DNA of 64,000 nt, from the NCBI RefSeq assembly GCF_009914755.1, contig NC_060947.1, one strand, 5' to 3'. Positions 1 through 13,970 of this stretch are shown piece by piece. The notes below the pieces were generated by a model. It searched no databases. It was not told where the DNA came from and was given only the letters and a program-made list of their open reading frames with translations. The position numbers and the translations under genes were made by a program. Origin of the DNA: the human T2T-CHM13v2.0 reference genome, Homo sapiens. Within the stretch, counting starts at the first letter, position 1, and each line of letters opens with the position of its first letter.

Positions 1-26
1 ATAAATAAATAAAAATAAAATAAAAA

Positions 27-800
27 GTTCAACATCACTGATACTTAGAGAAATGCAAATTAAAACCACAATGAGATACCATCTCACACCAGTCAGAATG
101 GTGATCACTAAAAAGTCAGGAAACAAGAGGTGCTGGAGAGGTTGCAGAGAAAGTAATGCTTGTACACGGTTGCTCGGAGTGTAAATTAGTGCAACCATTG
201 TGGAAGACAGTGTGGTGATTCCTCAAAGACCTAAAAACATAAATAGTATTTGACCCAGCAATCCCATTACTGGGTATATACCAAGAGGAGTATAAATCAT
301 TCTATCATGAAGACACATGCACATGTATGTTCATCACAGCACTATTCACAAAAATAAAGACATGGAATCAACCTAAATGCCCATCAATTATAAACTGGAT
401 AAAGGAAATGTGGTACATATACACCATAGAATACAATGCAGCCATGAAAAAGAAAAAGCTCATGTCCTTTTCAGGGACATGGATGGACCTGGAGGCCATT
501 ATCCTTAGCAAACTTGTACAGGAACAGAAAGCCAAATACCGCATGTTCTCACTTACAAGTGGGAGCTAAATGACGAGAACACAGGGACACATAGAGGGAA
601 ACAACACACACTGGGCATATCAGAGGATGTAGGGTGGGAGGAGGGAGAGGATCAGGAAAAATAACTAATGGGTACTCGACTTAATACCTGGGTGACAAAA
701 TAACCTGTACAATAAATCCCCCATATAGGACAAGTTTACCTATATAATAAACCTGCACTTGTACCCCCAAACTTAAAATTTAAATTTAAAAATAAAACAA
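27..800 (+). mobile_element. LINE-1 3' end (ORF2 C-terminus and 3' UTR), older L1PA (about L1PA13-16)
   Basis: ORF 327-569 is L1-derived (KTWNQPKCPS...MWYIYTIEY). The 3' UTR GGGAGGAGGGAGAGGATCAGGAAAAATAACTAATGGG is followed by an A-rich tail. Bases 1-26 look like the poly(A) tail of another element upstream of the window. Confidence 0.9.
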
Positions 801-879
801 TATAAAAATAATAAATAAATAAAACAATGTTATGGAGAAAACAAAAGAAAGAAAAAGAAAATGCTGCAAAAATAAAGCC

Positions 880-1142
880 CCTTCCTTTCCTCCCTGTTTA
901 GAACACTTGCCTGTGAGAACATGATGCTTACTTAATTCTTCTGCAGCCATCTTCAAACTGGAGAAAGGCAAAAAGAATCCCAAGGATTCTACCCCATACC
1001 CAGGGATTATAGAGCTGCTGAAACGTCCGTGGAATTACCTAATTCCAGGCTTGCTGGTAAGTAATAATATAATGGCCTCATGGCTTAAACCACTCTTCAT
1101 TGAGTTTTCTGGTACATGCAGGCAAAAGTGTCCAACCTGAAA
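880..1142 (+). mobile_element. MaLR (MLT1-type) LTR fragment
   Basis: Has CAGCCATCTT and the end motif TTAAACCACT...GTTTTCTGGTACATGCAGGCAAAAG...CTGA, typical of old MLT1 LTRs. Confidence 0.55.
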
Positions 1143-1204
1143 CATTTTTCATAGGTCTTATTATTCATTCATTTACTGAAAGCAAGAAGTACATCTACTA
1201 TAAT

Positions 1205-1432
1205 CATTAAGACAGACATAGATTTGAATTCTTAGTCTACAATTGACTAGCTGTAGTTTTAGATTGTCATCTAACTTCTCTAAGCCTCAGTTTTCATGAC
1301 TGTAAAATGATTATAGTAATAACATAAGCTACATCAAAGACTTTTTGTGATAATTAAATGAAAAAATAAATGACAAGTACTTATCCTAACTCCCAGCACA
1401 CAGTAAACACTAAATAAAGGATAGTTATTAAT
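1205..1432 (+). mobile_element. MIR SINE
   Basis: Core AACTTCTCTAAGCCTCAGTTTTCATGACTGTAAAATG and tail GCACACAGTAAACACTAAATAAA. Confidence 0.8.
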
Positions 1433-1659
1433 ATTTTTCTGTTCTCTTATATGTGGCCTAGGACAGAGCCATGTATAGAGTTGGAAGAATCTGTAAAATG
1501 AGTCATACAGAGTTACATAGGCTGTGACTTAAACACAATTACTTCACAACTCTCAGGCCTAAAAGGAAATAGGAAGAAGATAGCTAAATAAAACCTCTCG
1601 ATGATCTACCAAATTCATATTTGTCAATATTTTGAATTCCTAATCCCACTGTTCACTGA

Positions 1660-2380
1660 ATATTTTTGAATAAAAATTTTCTCAGTTACAGCAGTAGTAC
1701 ATAGTCAGTGTAAAAAATTTGAAAAAAAAATACCAAAAAAGTAAAAATCAGGAAATATCAGTCATAGAACCACCACTCAAACTCAATCATTGTTATCATT
1801 CAGTTGCATTTCCTTCCCTCCTTTTCACTGTGTGTTTATACACACATTTTTAAATATGATTGTGTTCACTCTATGTATAAAGGCTTGTGCTCTTTTTTTC
1901 TCCAGTTAATATTGAAACATAAGTATTTCCCCCATGTTATTAAAACCTCCTTGTGAACACATTTTTAATGACTGCCTGGTAGCACATCATGTGGATATGC
2001 CATAATGAACTTAAACATATTCCCACACTCCCATACACTTTGGTTGTGTCCAGTATTTGGCTACAATAAATAAGTTACAATGAGCATATCCGTGCCTAAA
2101 ACCTTACCTACTTTATATAACTCCCTGAGGATACACAGATTCCCAGAAGCTGAATAATCACATCAAGGGATATAAACACTGCCACATTGTTTGCCAAAAA
2201 GTTGTACCAATTTATAGTCCGGCCAGCAACATATGAGTGTGCCTATTGCATCATAATTTCTTCGGCTCTAGGTATTTTCATTTTCCCTTCTTTACTATTT
2301 TGATGTGGGGGAGGAATCTCAATATTCTAATTTGCATTCCTTTGATTATCATTGAAGCTAAACATTTTTTCCATGTTACC
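1660..2380 (-). mobile_element. Ancient L1ME-type fragment
   Basis: Degenerate reverse L1 3' motifs such as GTTGTACCAATTTATAGTCC..CCAGCAACATATGAGTGTGCC and TAATTTGCATTCCTTTGATTA. Confidence 0.65.
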
Positions 2381-4899
2381 ACTGAAACTTTTGATCAGAG
2401 ATGCTGACATGTTATACACATCTTACTGATTCATATTTCCCTTATTCCTGTTCTAGAAGCAATCCCCAGAAGAAAGCAGCAAAAACAATAACCAGTAAAA
2501 GCCTCAGAGGTGCAAGTTAGGACCTAAATAACTTGATTTGATTGTACAAATAATTGGCTAGAGGTTCTCATTCTCACAGTGGTTCCCTGCTTCCAGGTCT
2601 GTCCCTCATAAATATTCCAGTTACTGGCTCAGCTATATCTGAGGTGGGTAGAAAGTGAGGTACTTTCCCACTATCTCTGGGTTTCATAAACATAACCTAT
2701 AAATGGCTGAAGAACAAGCAAGAAGTGCCTACTTTGAAAACCTCAACTTAGAAGATGTTGCATAATAGGTACTTAAATCAGTCATCTTGCTTGCTTTTGA
2801 CTTTCCTTACCACTAAGAGGCTTCACAATTTACAAGGAGTGTAGGACATACTGTAAACCTTTGTGTATTATGACCTGACGTATTTCTCACACTTGCCTCT
2901 CACCCCACCTCCCTTACAGCCACGAAGTAGTCAGTGGCATGTCCTGAAGTATGATTTAAGCTGATCTCACTGGCTCACCACTCTATATCAGAAGACTTGG
3001 AGGGAAGGAAAAGATGTGTAGCTACTCAATGAGTGCTTCTCTTGGGTGAACGCCTGTGCTTTGACATTTAGGAAAGAGACCTGGACAATCCCTCCACCAA
3101 TTCTGCCTGCATAGCATGAGAAATACCTTGCAGTTCCCCGCAAAGTTTTAGGTGCCTACTAGCCAGGTTTGTCACAGTGGCCAGCCATCCTGACCCAGCC
3201 ATATGACTTTCCTGCATGAAGAAGATGGCTGTGCCTCAAATGTTTCTGCGTTTAAGGGTGTTTGACTTCTGAGAATCAGCCTGAGAAGAAAGTTGAAGCT
3301 ATTTGGTCTATGATTAAAAAATTCACTTCTGCTTGATCCAGATTCCTTTTGCTTGGCTTCCAAAGTTTAACTGGATCCAAGAACCAGGCAACATCATTTT
3401 CCAAAGCAAAGACACTGTTGTGTTAGGCACGCAACACAATGACAGGAGAAGCCACCAAATGTATTTTAAGATCCCAGCCCATTTGCACTTATCCAGCTTG
3501 ACATAAAGTCAGCACAAGCTTGCACCTTCTTCGAAACATAATGAGCATTCTTTTCTGCAGCTCACTGAAATCAAGAGTGTGAGACTTATAATGGAGGTAT
3601 CAATCCACAATCATTTTCAGGAATAAATCCCCATAATATATACTTGCTCTGAGGCTGCATTCCCTTCATCATACTATCTTGGTCTAACTATCATGTCCCA
3701 GCCCACTTTTTCTCTCAACAGCCCTCTGATCCACTGCTGGAATGTCAGATAAGGAAAAGCCAGGAAATTATGAACTCACCCTCCAGGAAGCATGTCACAG
3801 TTGGACTCAAAGAGATGTAACTTCCATTCAGAAATCCATTTTTTGTCCTCAGTTGATAACCTTAACTTTCTTCTGTCTTTATTGTTAAAAATACAACTTT
3901 CTGTCCTGGTAAGAGTGGAGTGACTGGTTTGGGTGCCAGTACACATGTCCCAGAAGTGGTTCTGTTTTGGCTTAACACACATATTTGGAACCAGAACTCA
4001 GTGTCTGGCATTTGCTTAACATGTGGTAAATGTTTAATTGAATTGAACTGAACCACGTAAAATTCAATGGAATTAAATAGAATTTATTTGGTTTAGATGT
4101 ATTAAATGAGGCTTTTTCTTTCACATATATGACAGCCTTCCAAGTATCCTATTTCAACCTTCCTCAAACAACCTCAGAATAACCAAATGATTAATAGAAT
4201 GTAGTATATATGAAGAAGAAAGATAAAGCTAGATTTTTATTTTTGTAATGATAACCATCTAAGTAAAAGAGAAGGATAATTGCATAATTGGCACAGAAAG
4301 CTAAGAGTCTAAGGCAAACTTGGCTTTGGAAAGCATGATGAACAGGAAAAAGTTTGTCCTCAGAACCACTGACCTCTCCATCCTAGGCTCTCCTATGGCC
4401 CTCTCGATCGTCCCATACTGAGTACTTTTATAGGATCTCTTCTACTCCTTTCCCCACAAAAAAATTCAATCTCAATAAAGGATGAAATGCACAGACTCAT
4501 GCTAAGAAGGAAGTTATCAAGAAATCTTGAAAACATCAGCCCTCCCAGTGATGCTTACATGTTATAAGGACTTAAAAGCTTATCTTAAAGGGGTAAAGTG
4601 GATATCAGCAGTCAGCAGTTGGGGAGAAACAAAGTTAGAAATTTGGGGGTTTTGTTTGTTTTTCTCTGATTTGTTTTTTAATTAGGCCAATGGCTTAACC
4701 CCGTGGTTTTCAGCTTCCTCATGATGGAAAAAGTTTTAAAACCACAGAGGCAAAAATCAGACAACTTCTCATAGAGGCTCTTCTAGTTAACTATCTGAAG
4801 GCCACCCAGACTGAATATCACTTTGGTTCCTTAAATTGTTTATGCTGTCTAGCCTGAGATGTTTGAGAGTGCATTTCTAATTAGTAGTGATGTTTGCAG

Positions 4900-7800
4900 T
4901 GGCTGGCAAGATAGCCTAATAGGAACAGCTCTAGTTTGCAGCTCCCAGTGAGATCAATGCAGAAGGCAGGTGATTTCTGTACTTCCAACTGAGGTACCCA
5001 ACTCATGTCATTGGGACTGGTTAGACAGTGGGTGCAGCCCACAGAGGGCAAGCCGAAGCAGGGTGGGGTGTTGTCTTACCCCAGAAGCGCAAGGGGTCAA
5101 GGAACTCCCTCCCCTAGCCAAGGGAAGCTGTGAGGGACTGTACCTTGAGGAACAGTGCATTCCAGCCCAGATACTACACTTTTCCCATGGTCTTTGCAAC
5201 CCGCAGACCAGGAGATTCCTTTGGGTGCCAACACCACCAGGGCCCTGGGTTTCAAGCACGAAACTGTATGGCCATTTGGGGAGACACCGAGCTAGCTGCA
5301 GGAGTTTTTTTTCACACCCCAGTGGTGCCTGGAATGCCAGCGAGACAGAACCATTCACTCCCCTGGAAAGGGGGCTGAAGCTAGGGAGCCAAGTGGTCTA
5401 GCTTAGCAGATCCCACCCCCACAGAGCCCAGCAAGCTAAGATCCACTGGCTTGAAATTCTTGCTGCCAGCAAAGCAGTCTGAAGTCGACCTGGGATGCTC
5501 GAGCTTGGTGGGGGGAGGGGTGTACGCCATTACTAAGGTTTGAGTAGATGGTTTTCCGCTCACAGTGCAAACAAGCCCCTGGAAAGTTCAAACTGGGCGG
5601 AACCCACCACAGCTCTGCAAAGCCGCTGTAGCCAGACTGCCTCTCTAGATTCCTCCTCTCTGGGCAGGGCATCTCTGAAAGAAAGGCAGCAGCCCCTTTC
5701 AGGGGCTTATAGATAAAACTCCCATCTCCCTGTGACAGAGCACCTGGAGAAAGGGGCGGCTGTGGGTGCAGCTTCAGCAGACTTAAACATCCCTGCCTGA
5801 TGGCTCTGAAGAGAGCAGCAGATCTCCCAGCACAGAGTTTGAGCTCTGCTAAGGGACACACTACCTCCTCACGTGGGTCCCTGATCCCTGTGCCTCCTGA
5901 CAGGAAGACACCTCCCAGCAGGGATCAAGAGATACCTCATACAAGAGAGCTCCAGCTGGCATCTGGCGGGTACCCCTTTGGGATGAAGCTTCTAGAGGAA
6001 GAAACAGGCAGCAATCTTTGCTGATCTGCAGCCTCCGCTGGTGATACCCAGGCAAACGGTCTGGAGTGAACCTCCAGCAAACTCCAGCAGAACTGCAGCA
6101 GAGGAGCCTGACTGTTAGAAAGAAAACTAACAAACAGAGAGGAAGAGCATCAACATCAATGAAAAGGACGTCCACACAAAAACCCCATCCAAACGTCACC
6201 AACATCAAAGACCAAAGGTAAATGAATCCATGAAGATGAGGAAAAGCCAGCACAAAAAGGCTAAAAATTCCAAAAACCAGAATACCTCTTCTCCTCCAAA
6301 GGATCACAACTCCTTGTCAGCAAGACAGAGAATGAGTTTGACAAATTGACAAAAGTAGGCTTCAGAAGGTGGGTAATAATGAACCCCTTCAAGCTAAAGG
6401 AACATGTTCTAACCCAATTCAAGGAAGCAAAGAACCTTGAAAAAAGGTTAGAGGAATTGGTAACTAGAATAACCAGCTTAGATAAGAACATACATGACCC
6501 GATGGAGCTGAAAAATACAGCATAAGAACTTTGCGAAGCATACACAAGTATCAATAGCGGAATCAATCAAGCAGAAGAAAGGATATCAGAGATTGAAGAT
6601 CGACTTAATGAAATAAAAGGTAAAGACAAGATCAGAGAAAAAAGAATGAAAAGGAACAAAGCCTCCAAGAAATATGGGACTATGTGCAAAGATCAAACCT
6701 ACGTTTGATTGCTGTACCTGAAAGTGATGGGGAGAATGGAACCAAGTTGGAAAACATTCTTCAGGATATTATCCAGGAGAACTTCCCCAACCTAGCAAGG
6801 CAGGCCAACATTCAAATTCAGGAAATACAGAAAACACCACAAAGATACTCCTCAAGAAGAGCAACCCAAAGACACATAATTGTCAGATTCGCCAAGGTTG
6901 AAATGAAGGAAAAAATCTTAAGGGCAGCCAGAGAGAAAGGTCGGGTTACCTACAAAGGAAAGCCCATCAGACTAATAGCAGATCTCTCTGCAGAAACCCT
7001 ACAAGCCAGAAGAGAGGGAGGCCAATATTCAATGGTCTTAAAGAAAAGAATTTTCAACCCAGAATTTCATATCCAGCCAAACTAAGCTTCATAAGCGAAT
7101 GAGAAATAAAATCCTTTACAGACAAGCAAATGCTGAGAGATTTTGTCACCACCAGGCCTGCCTTACAAGAGCTCCTGAAGGAAGCACTAAATATGGAAAG
7201 GAAAAACCAGTACCAGCCACTGCAAAAACATACCAAATTGTAAGACCACCCACACTATGAAGAAACTGCATCAGCTAACGGGCAAAATAACCAGCTAACA
7301 TCATAATGACAGGATCAAATTCACACATAACAATATTAACTTCAAATGTAAATGGGCTAAATGCCCCAGTTAAAAGACACAGACTGGCAAATTGGATAAA
7401 GAGTCAAGACCCATCGGTGTGCTGTACCAAGGAGACCCATCTCACATGTAAAGACCCACAAGCCTCAAAATAAAGGAATGGAAGAATATTCCCAAGAAAA
7501 TGGAAAGCAAAAAAAGCAGGGGTTGCAATCCTAGTCTCTGACAAAACAGGCTTTAAACCAACAAAGAGCAAAAAAGACAAAGAAAGGCATTACATACTGG
7601 TAAAGGGATCAACGCAACAAGAAGAGCTAACTATCCTAAATATATATGCACCCAAAACAGGAGCACCCAGATTCATAAAGCAAGTTCTTAGAGACCTACA
7701 AAGACACTTAGACTCCCACACAATAATAGTGGGAGACTTTAACATCCCACTGTCAATATTAGACAGATCAACGAGATGGAAAATTAACAAGGATATTCAG

Positions 7801-10746
7801 GACTTGAGTTCAGCTCTGGACCAAGCAGACCTAACAGACATCTACAGAACTCTCCACCCCAAATCAACAGAATATACACTCTTCTCAGCACCACATCACA
7901 ATTATTCTAAAATTGACCACATAATTGGAAGTATCACCACTGATCCCACAGAAATACAAACTACCATCAGAGAATACTGTAATCACCTCTGTGCAAATAA
8001 ACTAGAAACTCTAGAAGAAATGGATATATTCCTGGACACATACACCCTCCCAAGACTAAACCAGGAAGAAGTTGAATTGCTGAATAGAGCAATAACAAGT
8101 TCTGAAATTGAGGCAGTAATTAATAGCCTACCAACCAAAAAAAGCCCAGGACCAGGATTCATAGCTGAATTCTACCAGAGATACAAAAAGGAGCTGGTAC
8201 CATTCCTTCTTAAACTATTCCAAACAATAGAAAAAGAGGGACTCATCCTGATACTAAAACCTGGCAGAGACACAATTAAAAAAAGAACATTTCAGGCCAA
8301 TACGCCTGATTAACACTGATGCAAAAATCCTCCAAAATATACTGGCAAACCAAATCCAGCAGCACATCTAAAAGTTTATCTACCACGATCAAGTCGGCTT
8401 CATCCCTCAGATGCAAGGCTGGTTCAACATACGCAAATCAATAAACATAATCAATCACATAAACAGCACCAATGACAAAAACCACATGATTATCTCAACA
8501 GTTGCAGAAAAGGCCTTCAATAAAATTCAACACCCCTTCATGCTAAAAACTGTCAATAAACTAAGTATTGATGGAATGTATCTCAAAATAATAAGAGCTA
8601 CATATTACAAAACCACAGCCAATATCATACTGAATGGGCAAAAGCTGGAAGCATTCCCTTTGAAAACTGGCACAAGACAAGGATGCCCTCTCTCACCACT
8701 CCTATTCAACGTACTATTGGAAGTTCTGGCCAGGGCAATCAGGCAAGGGAAAGAAATAAAGGGTATTCAATTAGGGAAAGAGGAAGTCAAATTGTCTCTG
8801 TTTGCAGATGACAAGATGGTATATTTAGAAAACCCCATCGTCTTAGCCCCAAATCTCCTTAAGCTGATAAGCAACTTCAGCAAAGTCCCAGGATACAAAA
8901 TCAATGTGCAAAAAATCAAAAGCATTCCTATAGACCAATAATAGACAAACAGAGAGCCAAATCATGAGTGAACTCCCATTCACAATTGCTACAAAGAAAA
9001 TAAAATACCTAGGAATCCAACTTACAAGGGACGTGGAGGACCTCTTCAAGGAGAACTACAAACCACTGCTCAAGGAAATAAGAGAGGACACAAATAAATG
9101 GAAAAACATTCCATGCTTATGGATAGGAAGAATCAATATCATCAAAATGGCCATACTGCCCAAAGTAACTTATAGATTCAATGCTATCCCCCTCAAGATA
9201 CCACTGACTTTCATCACAGAATTAGAAAATACTACTTTAAATTTCATATGGAACCAAAAAAGAGGCCATATAGCCAAGACAATCCTAAGCAAAAAGAACA
9301 AAGCTGGAGGCATCATGCTACCTGACTTCAAACTATACTACAAGGCTACAGTAACCAAAACAGCATGGTACTGGTACCAAAACAGATATATAGACCAATG
9401 GAACAGAACAGAGGCCTCAGAAATAATGCCACACATCTACAACCATCTGATCTTTGACAAACCTGACAAAAACAGCAACAGCAAATGGATTCCCTACTTA
9501 ATAAATGATGTTGGGAAAACTGGCTAGTCATATGCAGAAAACTGAAACTGGACCACTTTTTTACACTTTATACAAAAAACAACTCAAAATGCATTAAATA
9601 CTTAAATGTAAAACCTAAGAGCATAAAAACCCTAGAAGAAAACCTAGGCGATACCATTCAGTACATAGGCATGGGCAAAGACTTCATGACTAAAATACCT
9701 AAAGCAATGGCAACAAAAGCCAAAATTGACAAATGGGATCTAATTAAACTAAAGACCCTCTGCACAACAAAAGAAACTATCATCATAGTGAATAGGCAAC
9801 CTACAGAATGGGAGAAAATTTTGTAATCTATTCATCTGACAAAGGGCTAATATCCAGAATCTATAAGGAACTTGAACACATTTACAAGAAAAAAACAAAC
9901 AACCCCATCAAAAAGTGGGTGAAGGATATGAATAAACACATATCAACAGAAGACATTTATCAGGCCAACAAACATGAAAAAAAAAGCTCATCATCACTAG
10001 TCGTTAGAGAAATGCAAATCAAAACCACAATGAGATACCATCTCATGCCAGTTAGAATGGCGATCATTAAAAAGTCAGGAAACAACAGATGCTGGAGAGG
10101 ATGTGGAGAAATAGAAACACTTTTACACTGTTGGTGGGAGTGCAAATTAGTTCAACCATTGTGGAAGACAGTGTGGTGGTTCCTCAGTGATCTAGAACCA
10201 GAAATACCATTTGACCCAGCAATCCCATTACTGGGTATATACCCAAAGGATTAGAAATCATTCTACTATAAAGACACATGCACATGTATGTTTACTGCAG
10301 CACTGTTCACAACAGTAAAGACTTAGAACCAACCCAAATGCCCATCAACGATAGACTGGATAAAGAAAATGTGGCACATATACACCATGGAATACTATGC
10401 AGCCATAAAAAAGGATGAGTTCATGTCCTTTGCAGGGACATGGATGAAGCTGGAAACCCTCATTCTCAAAAAACTAACACAGGAACAGAAAACCAAACAC
10501 CACATGTTCTCATTCATAAGTGGGAGTTGAACAATGAGAACACATGGACACAGGGAGGGGAACATCACACACCGGGCCCTGTTGGGGGGTGGGGGGCTAG
10601 GGGAGGGATAGCATTAGAAGAAATACCTAATGTAGATGACGGGTTGATGGGTGCAGCAAACCACCATGGCACGTGAATACCTATGTAACAAACTTGCACG
10701 TTCTGTACATGTATCCCAGAACTTAAAATATAATTTAAAAAAAAAC
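4900..10746 (+). mobile_element. Near full-length, inactive L1PA7-like LINE-1 (5' UTR, ORF1 about 6236-7243, ORF2 from 7306, 3' UTR, poly(A))
   Basis: 5' end GGCTGGCAAGATAGCCTAATAGGAACAGCTC. ORF fragments match ORF1p (NLRLI, QENFPNLARQ, REKG) and ORF2p ([29 protein letters not shown]). G-rich 3' UTR and A tail are present, with a degenerate TSD core TTAGTAGT at 4881 and 10749. Multiple stops and frameshifts. Confidence 0.95.
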
Positions 10747-11019
10747 AGTTAGTAGTAAAGTAAACCAAATATATCCTTGAATTGCCTTATTCTCTTACCC
10801 TACAAAATCTAAGTTGTGCACTTGGCAATCCCCCACAGTAAACAGGTTCCTTTGTCTCCTCCCAAAAGGCACTTACTCTATTTAGACTAGATAGAATGAA
10901 CTCTTAGCCATAGCTAATTTATGGATAGGAAAATTGCCAACGAGTTTACTCTTGAATGTACTCTTGAATAGGAATTTAATGAGGAAAAAAAGGGTGAAAA
11001 AAGAGGAATTTTTTTCTTA

Positions 11020-12510
11020 CAAAAAGATGAGGGAAAAATCACTCCTCCTACTAGTAAGGCTTACTACATAGATACAGTAATCAAGACAGTGTGGTATTGG
11101 CAGAAGGATAAACACATAGGTCAATAGAAAAAAACAGAGAAGCAAGAAATAGACCCCACAAATATACCCAACTGATTTTGACAAAATGCAAAAGTAATTC
11201 AATGGAAGAAGAATGGGTGCTAGACTTCTCAACGAATGGAGTTGTAGTAATCGGACAACTATACACCTATTGGCAAAATAATAAGAAAAGAAAACATCTT
11301 TGGGATTTAGGACTAGACAAGAGTTATTAGACCTGACACCAAAAGTATGGTCCATAAAAAGAAAAATTGATAAATTGTACCTCATCAAAATTAAAACCTT
11401 TTGTACTGAAAAAAAACAAGCAAAAATAATGTTCACATAAAAAGACAAATTACATACTTGAAGGAAATATTTGCAACCACCTATGTGACAAAGGGCTTCT
11501 ATCTGGAATATATAAGGAAATTTCAAAACTCAATACTAAAAATACAACAATTCAATTAGAAAATGGGCAAAAGATATGAATAGACATTTCACCAAAGAGA
11601 ATATAGAGATGTCAAATAAGCACATAAAAAATGTTCAACATCATTAACCATTATGGAAAGGACAATTAAAACCACAGTGAAATATTACTACATAGCTATC
11701 AGAATGGCTACAATAAAAAATAGTCACAACACCAAATGCTGACAAAGATGTTAATAAACCAAATCACTTATATGTTGCTGATGAGAATGTAAATTGATAC
11801 AACCACTCTGGGAAAGAGTTTGACAGTTTCTTGTAAAACTAAATGTGCAACTGCTATATGACCCACAAAGACCTGTACAGTAATTTTCAAAGCAGCTTTA
11901 TTTGTAATAGCCAAAAATTGGAAACAACCCAGATGTTCTTCAACAAGTGAATGGTTAAACAGACCATGATGGTATGTTCATATTGTGGAATACTACTCTG
12001 CAAAAACAGAAGGAATTATTAATACATGCAACACCTTTGGTGGACCTCAAGGGAATTATGCTCAGTGAAAAAAGTTTATGTATGTTATGATTCCATTTAT
12101 ATAATAATCTTGAAATAATGTAATATATAAATGGAAAACAGATTAGTAGTTGCCAGAGACTAAGATTTGGGAGGGAGGGGTAACTATAAAGCGGTAGCAT
12201 GAGGTTGCCTTGATGTAATGGAACAGTTCTACAAATTGTTTGTGGTGGTAGTTACATGAAGCTACGTAAGTGATAGAATTGTATAGAACTACACATACAC
12301 ACTAATACACACAAATGAGTTCATCTATAACTGGTGAAATCTGAATAAACTCTGTAAATTATACCAATGTCAAGTTCATGGTCTTAATAATGTACTATAA
12401 TTATGCAAGATGATAACATTGGGGACAGAGGGGTGAATGGTGCATGGGATTTCTCTGTACATTTTTCTGCAAATGCTTGTGGATCTATACTTATTTCAAA
12501 ATAAAAAAAG
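11020..12510 (+). mobile_element. Old L1 (L1MC/L1MD-type) 3' portion
   Basis: ORF2-like GTAATCAAGACAGTGTGGTATTGG, 3' UTR ACACAAATGAGT..AACTGGTGAAATCTGAATAA, ending TATTTCAAAATAAAAAAA. Confidence 0.85.
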
Positions 12511-13704
12511 GTAGAGGTAAAAAGCCCGATCTCAACATGGGTGCGCTGTTGCCTTTTAGTGTGGTATCCTGCCTGCTAGGATCCAGGAAGAAGGCTGGCT
12601 ATGGAAAGCATTAAGTAGGCAAGTCCCCTTGCAGAGACCTGACCTTGGACTTTCCCTAGGACTGGACACTAGCAACTGCAGGTACTCCTGGCCTTGGACT
12701 TCTTTCTTGCCTCTGCTAATGCTTTAGATGAGGGCCAGATGCAATCAAATACATGGGCTGTAACTGATTTCTTTGGAGTCCTTGAAACAAGAAGCCTGGC
12801 AGTGAGAAGAAGAAACAGCAGATCTCCCAGGATAGTGTGAGAACTAAGAGAGTAGAATGGAAATGGGTCTTGGGGAGAGGGGAGGGCAGGCATCAGGGCA
12901 CTTCTCCGAAGAAAAACAAAATGTTGGGCCATTGCCCTTTTCAGAGACCAATCAAAATAAGAAAGAGGGAAGAAGCAGTCTATCTTACTAAGTTGCTTTT
13001 AAACTGCAAAATTTTATGCCTGGCTGTTCTACTTGCTAGTTTCATCTCCTGTGATGTGAAGAAAGAATGAGTTTTTGCTTCACTGAAGATTCTACTTCTA
13101 AGTTGTGTCCTTAAGGTATTACATGTTAACAAAATGTTGACAGATCAGACAGCATTTTTAAATGCTTCTTTTTTTTGACTATGCTTTTTTTTCTTAAGCA
13201 GAAGTACTGCTAGCAGCACCTTCAGTGTTCATTTCATCAAAGGACTCTCTAAACATATCGTGTATTTATTGCGTCTTTGGGAGTAATAATTTTCTTCCCA
13301 GCTTTCAAATTACTACATATTTGTTACTGCACCACTGAGGAAGGAGATCATTTGTTATTAGTTCCTTGTCTGACGTGAAACATTTAATTTGAACTGAAAC
13401 CACTGCACAAGAAAATAAACAGTGCATTTCATACGCAAAAGTGTCTGCTTCCCTCACTGGGAGGCAGTGGGAATCATTTTGACCATATGGTGGGTGTTTA
13501 TCATCAGATGGCTCATAAGCATCTCTGCTGTCTGCCTCCATTTTCCCTTCAGACCTGGGTACTGGCTCTTTTTCAAAGAAGCTAGGTCAGCTTGCTTTCA
13601 GACAGAGCATCTAAACTCTGGAAGCTCACCAGAATTCCAACAGATTTTTTAAAAATACCGATGACCAGACCACACCACTCTCAGGTCTGTCAACAAAACT
13701 CTCT

Positions 13705-13970
13705 AAGGGTAAGACAGTTTAGTGAAATGTTTACTTTCTTGGGCTCTGAAGCCAGACTGCTTGGGTATGACACCCAGTTTTGCCACTTAAGACCATCAGT
13801 TTGTGTGCAAGTTATTTAAACTCTCTGGGCCTCAGTTATCTCAAATGCAAAATGAGGGTAATATTACCTAAGTCACAGGGTTATGGTGAGGACTAAATAA
13901 AATTAATTATGTGAAGTAATTAAAGCAAAGCCTGGTCATAGTAAACACCTGATGATGTTAGCTGTTACTT
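13705..13970 (+). mobile_element. MIR SINE
   Basis: GGCTCTGAAGCCAGACTGCTTGGGT...CAAGTTATTTAAACTCTCTGGGCCTCAGTTATCTCAAATGCAAAATGAGG. Confidence 0.85.

Noticed and set aside
6236-10254. Reverse transcriptase/endonuclease ORFs as a functional gene or novel RT system
   Set aside because: Ordinary decayed LINE-1 ORF1/ORF2 with stops, frameshifts and deletions; the same applies to 42844-46528.
10575-10610. G-quadruplex motif
   Set aside because: Standard G-rich tract of the L1PA 3' UTR.
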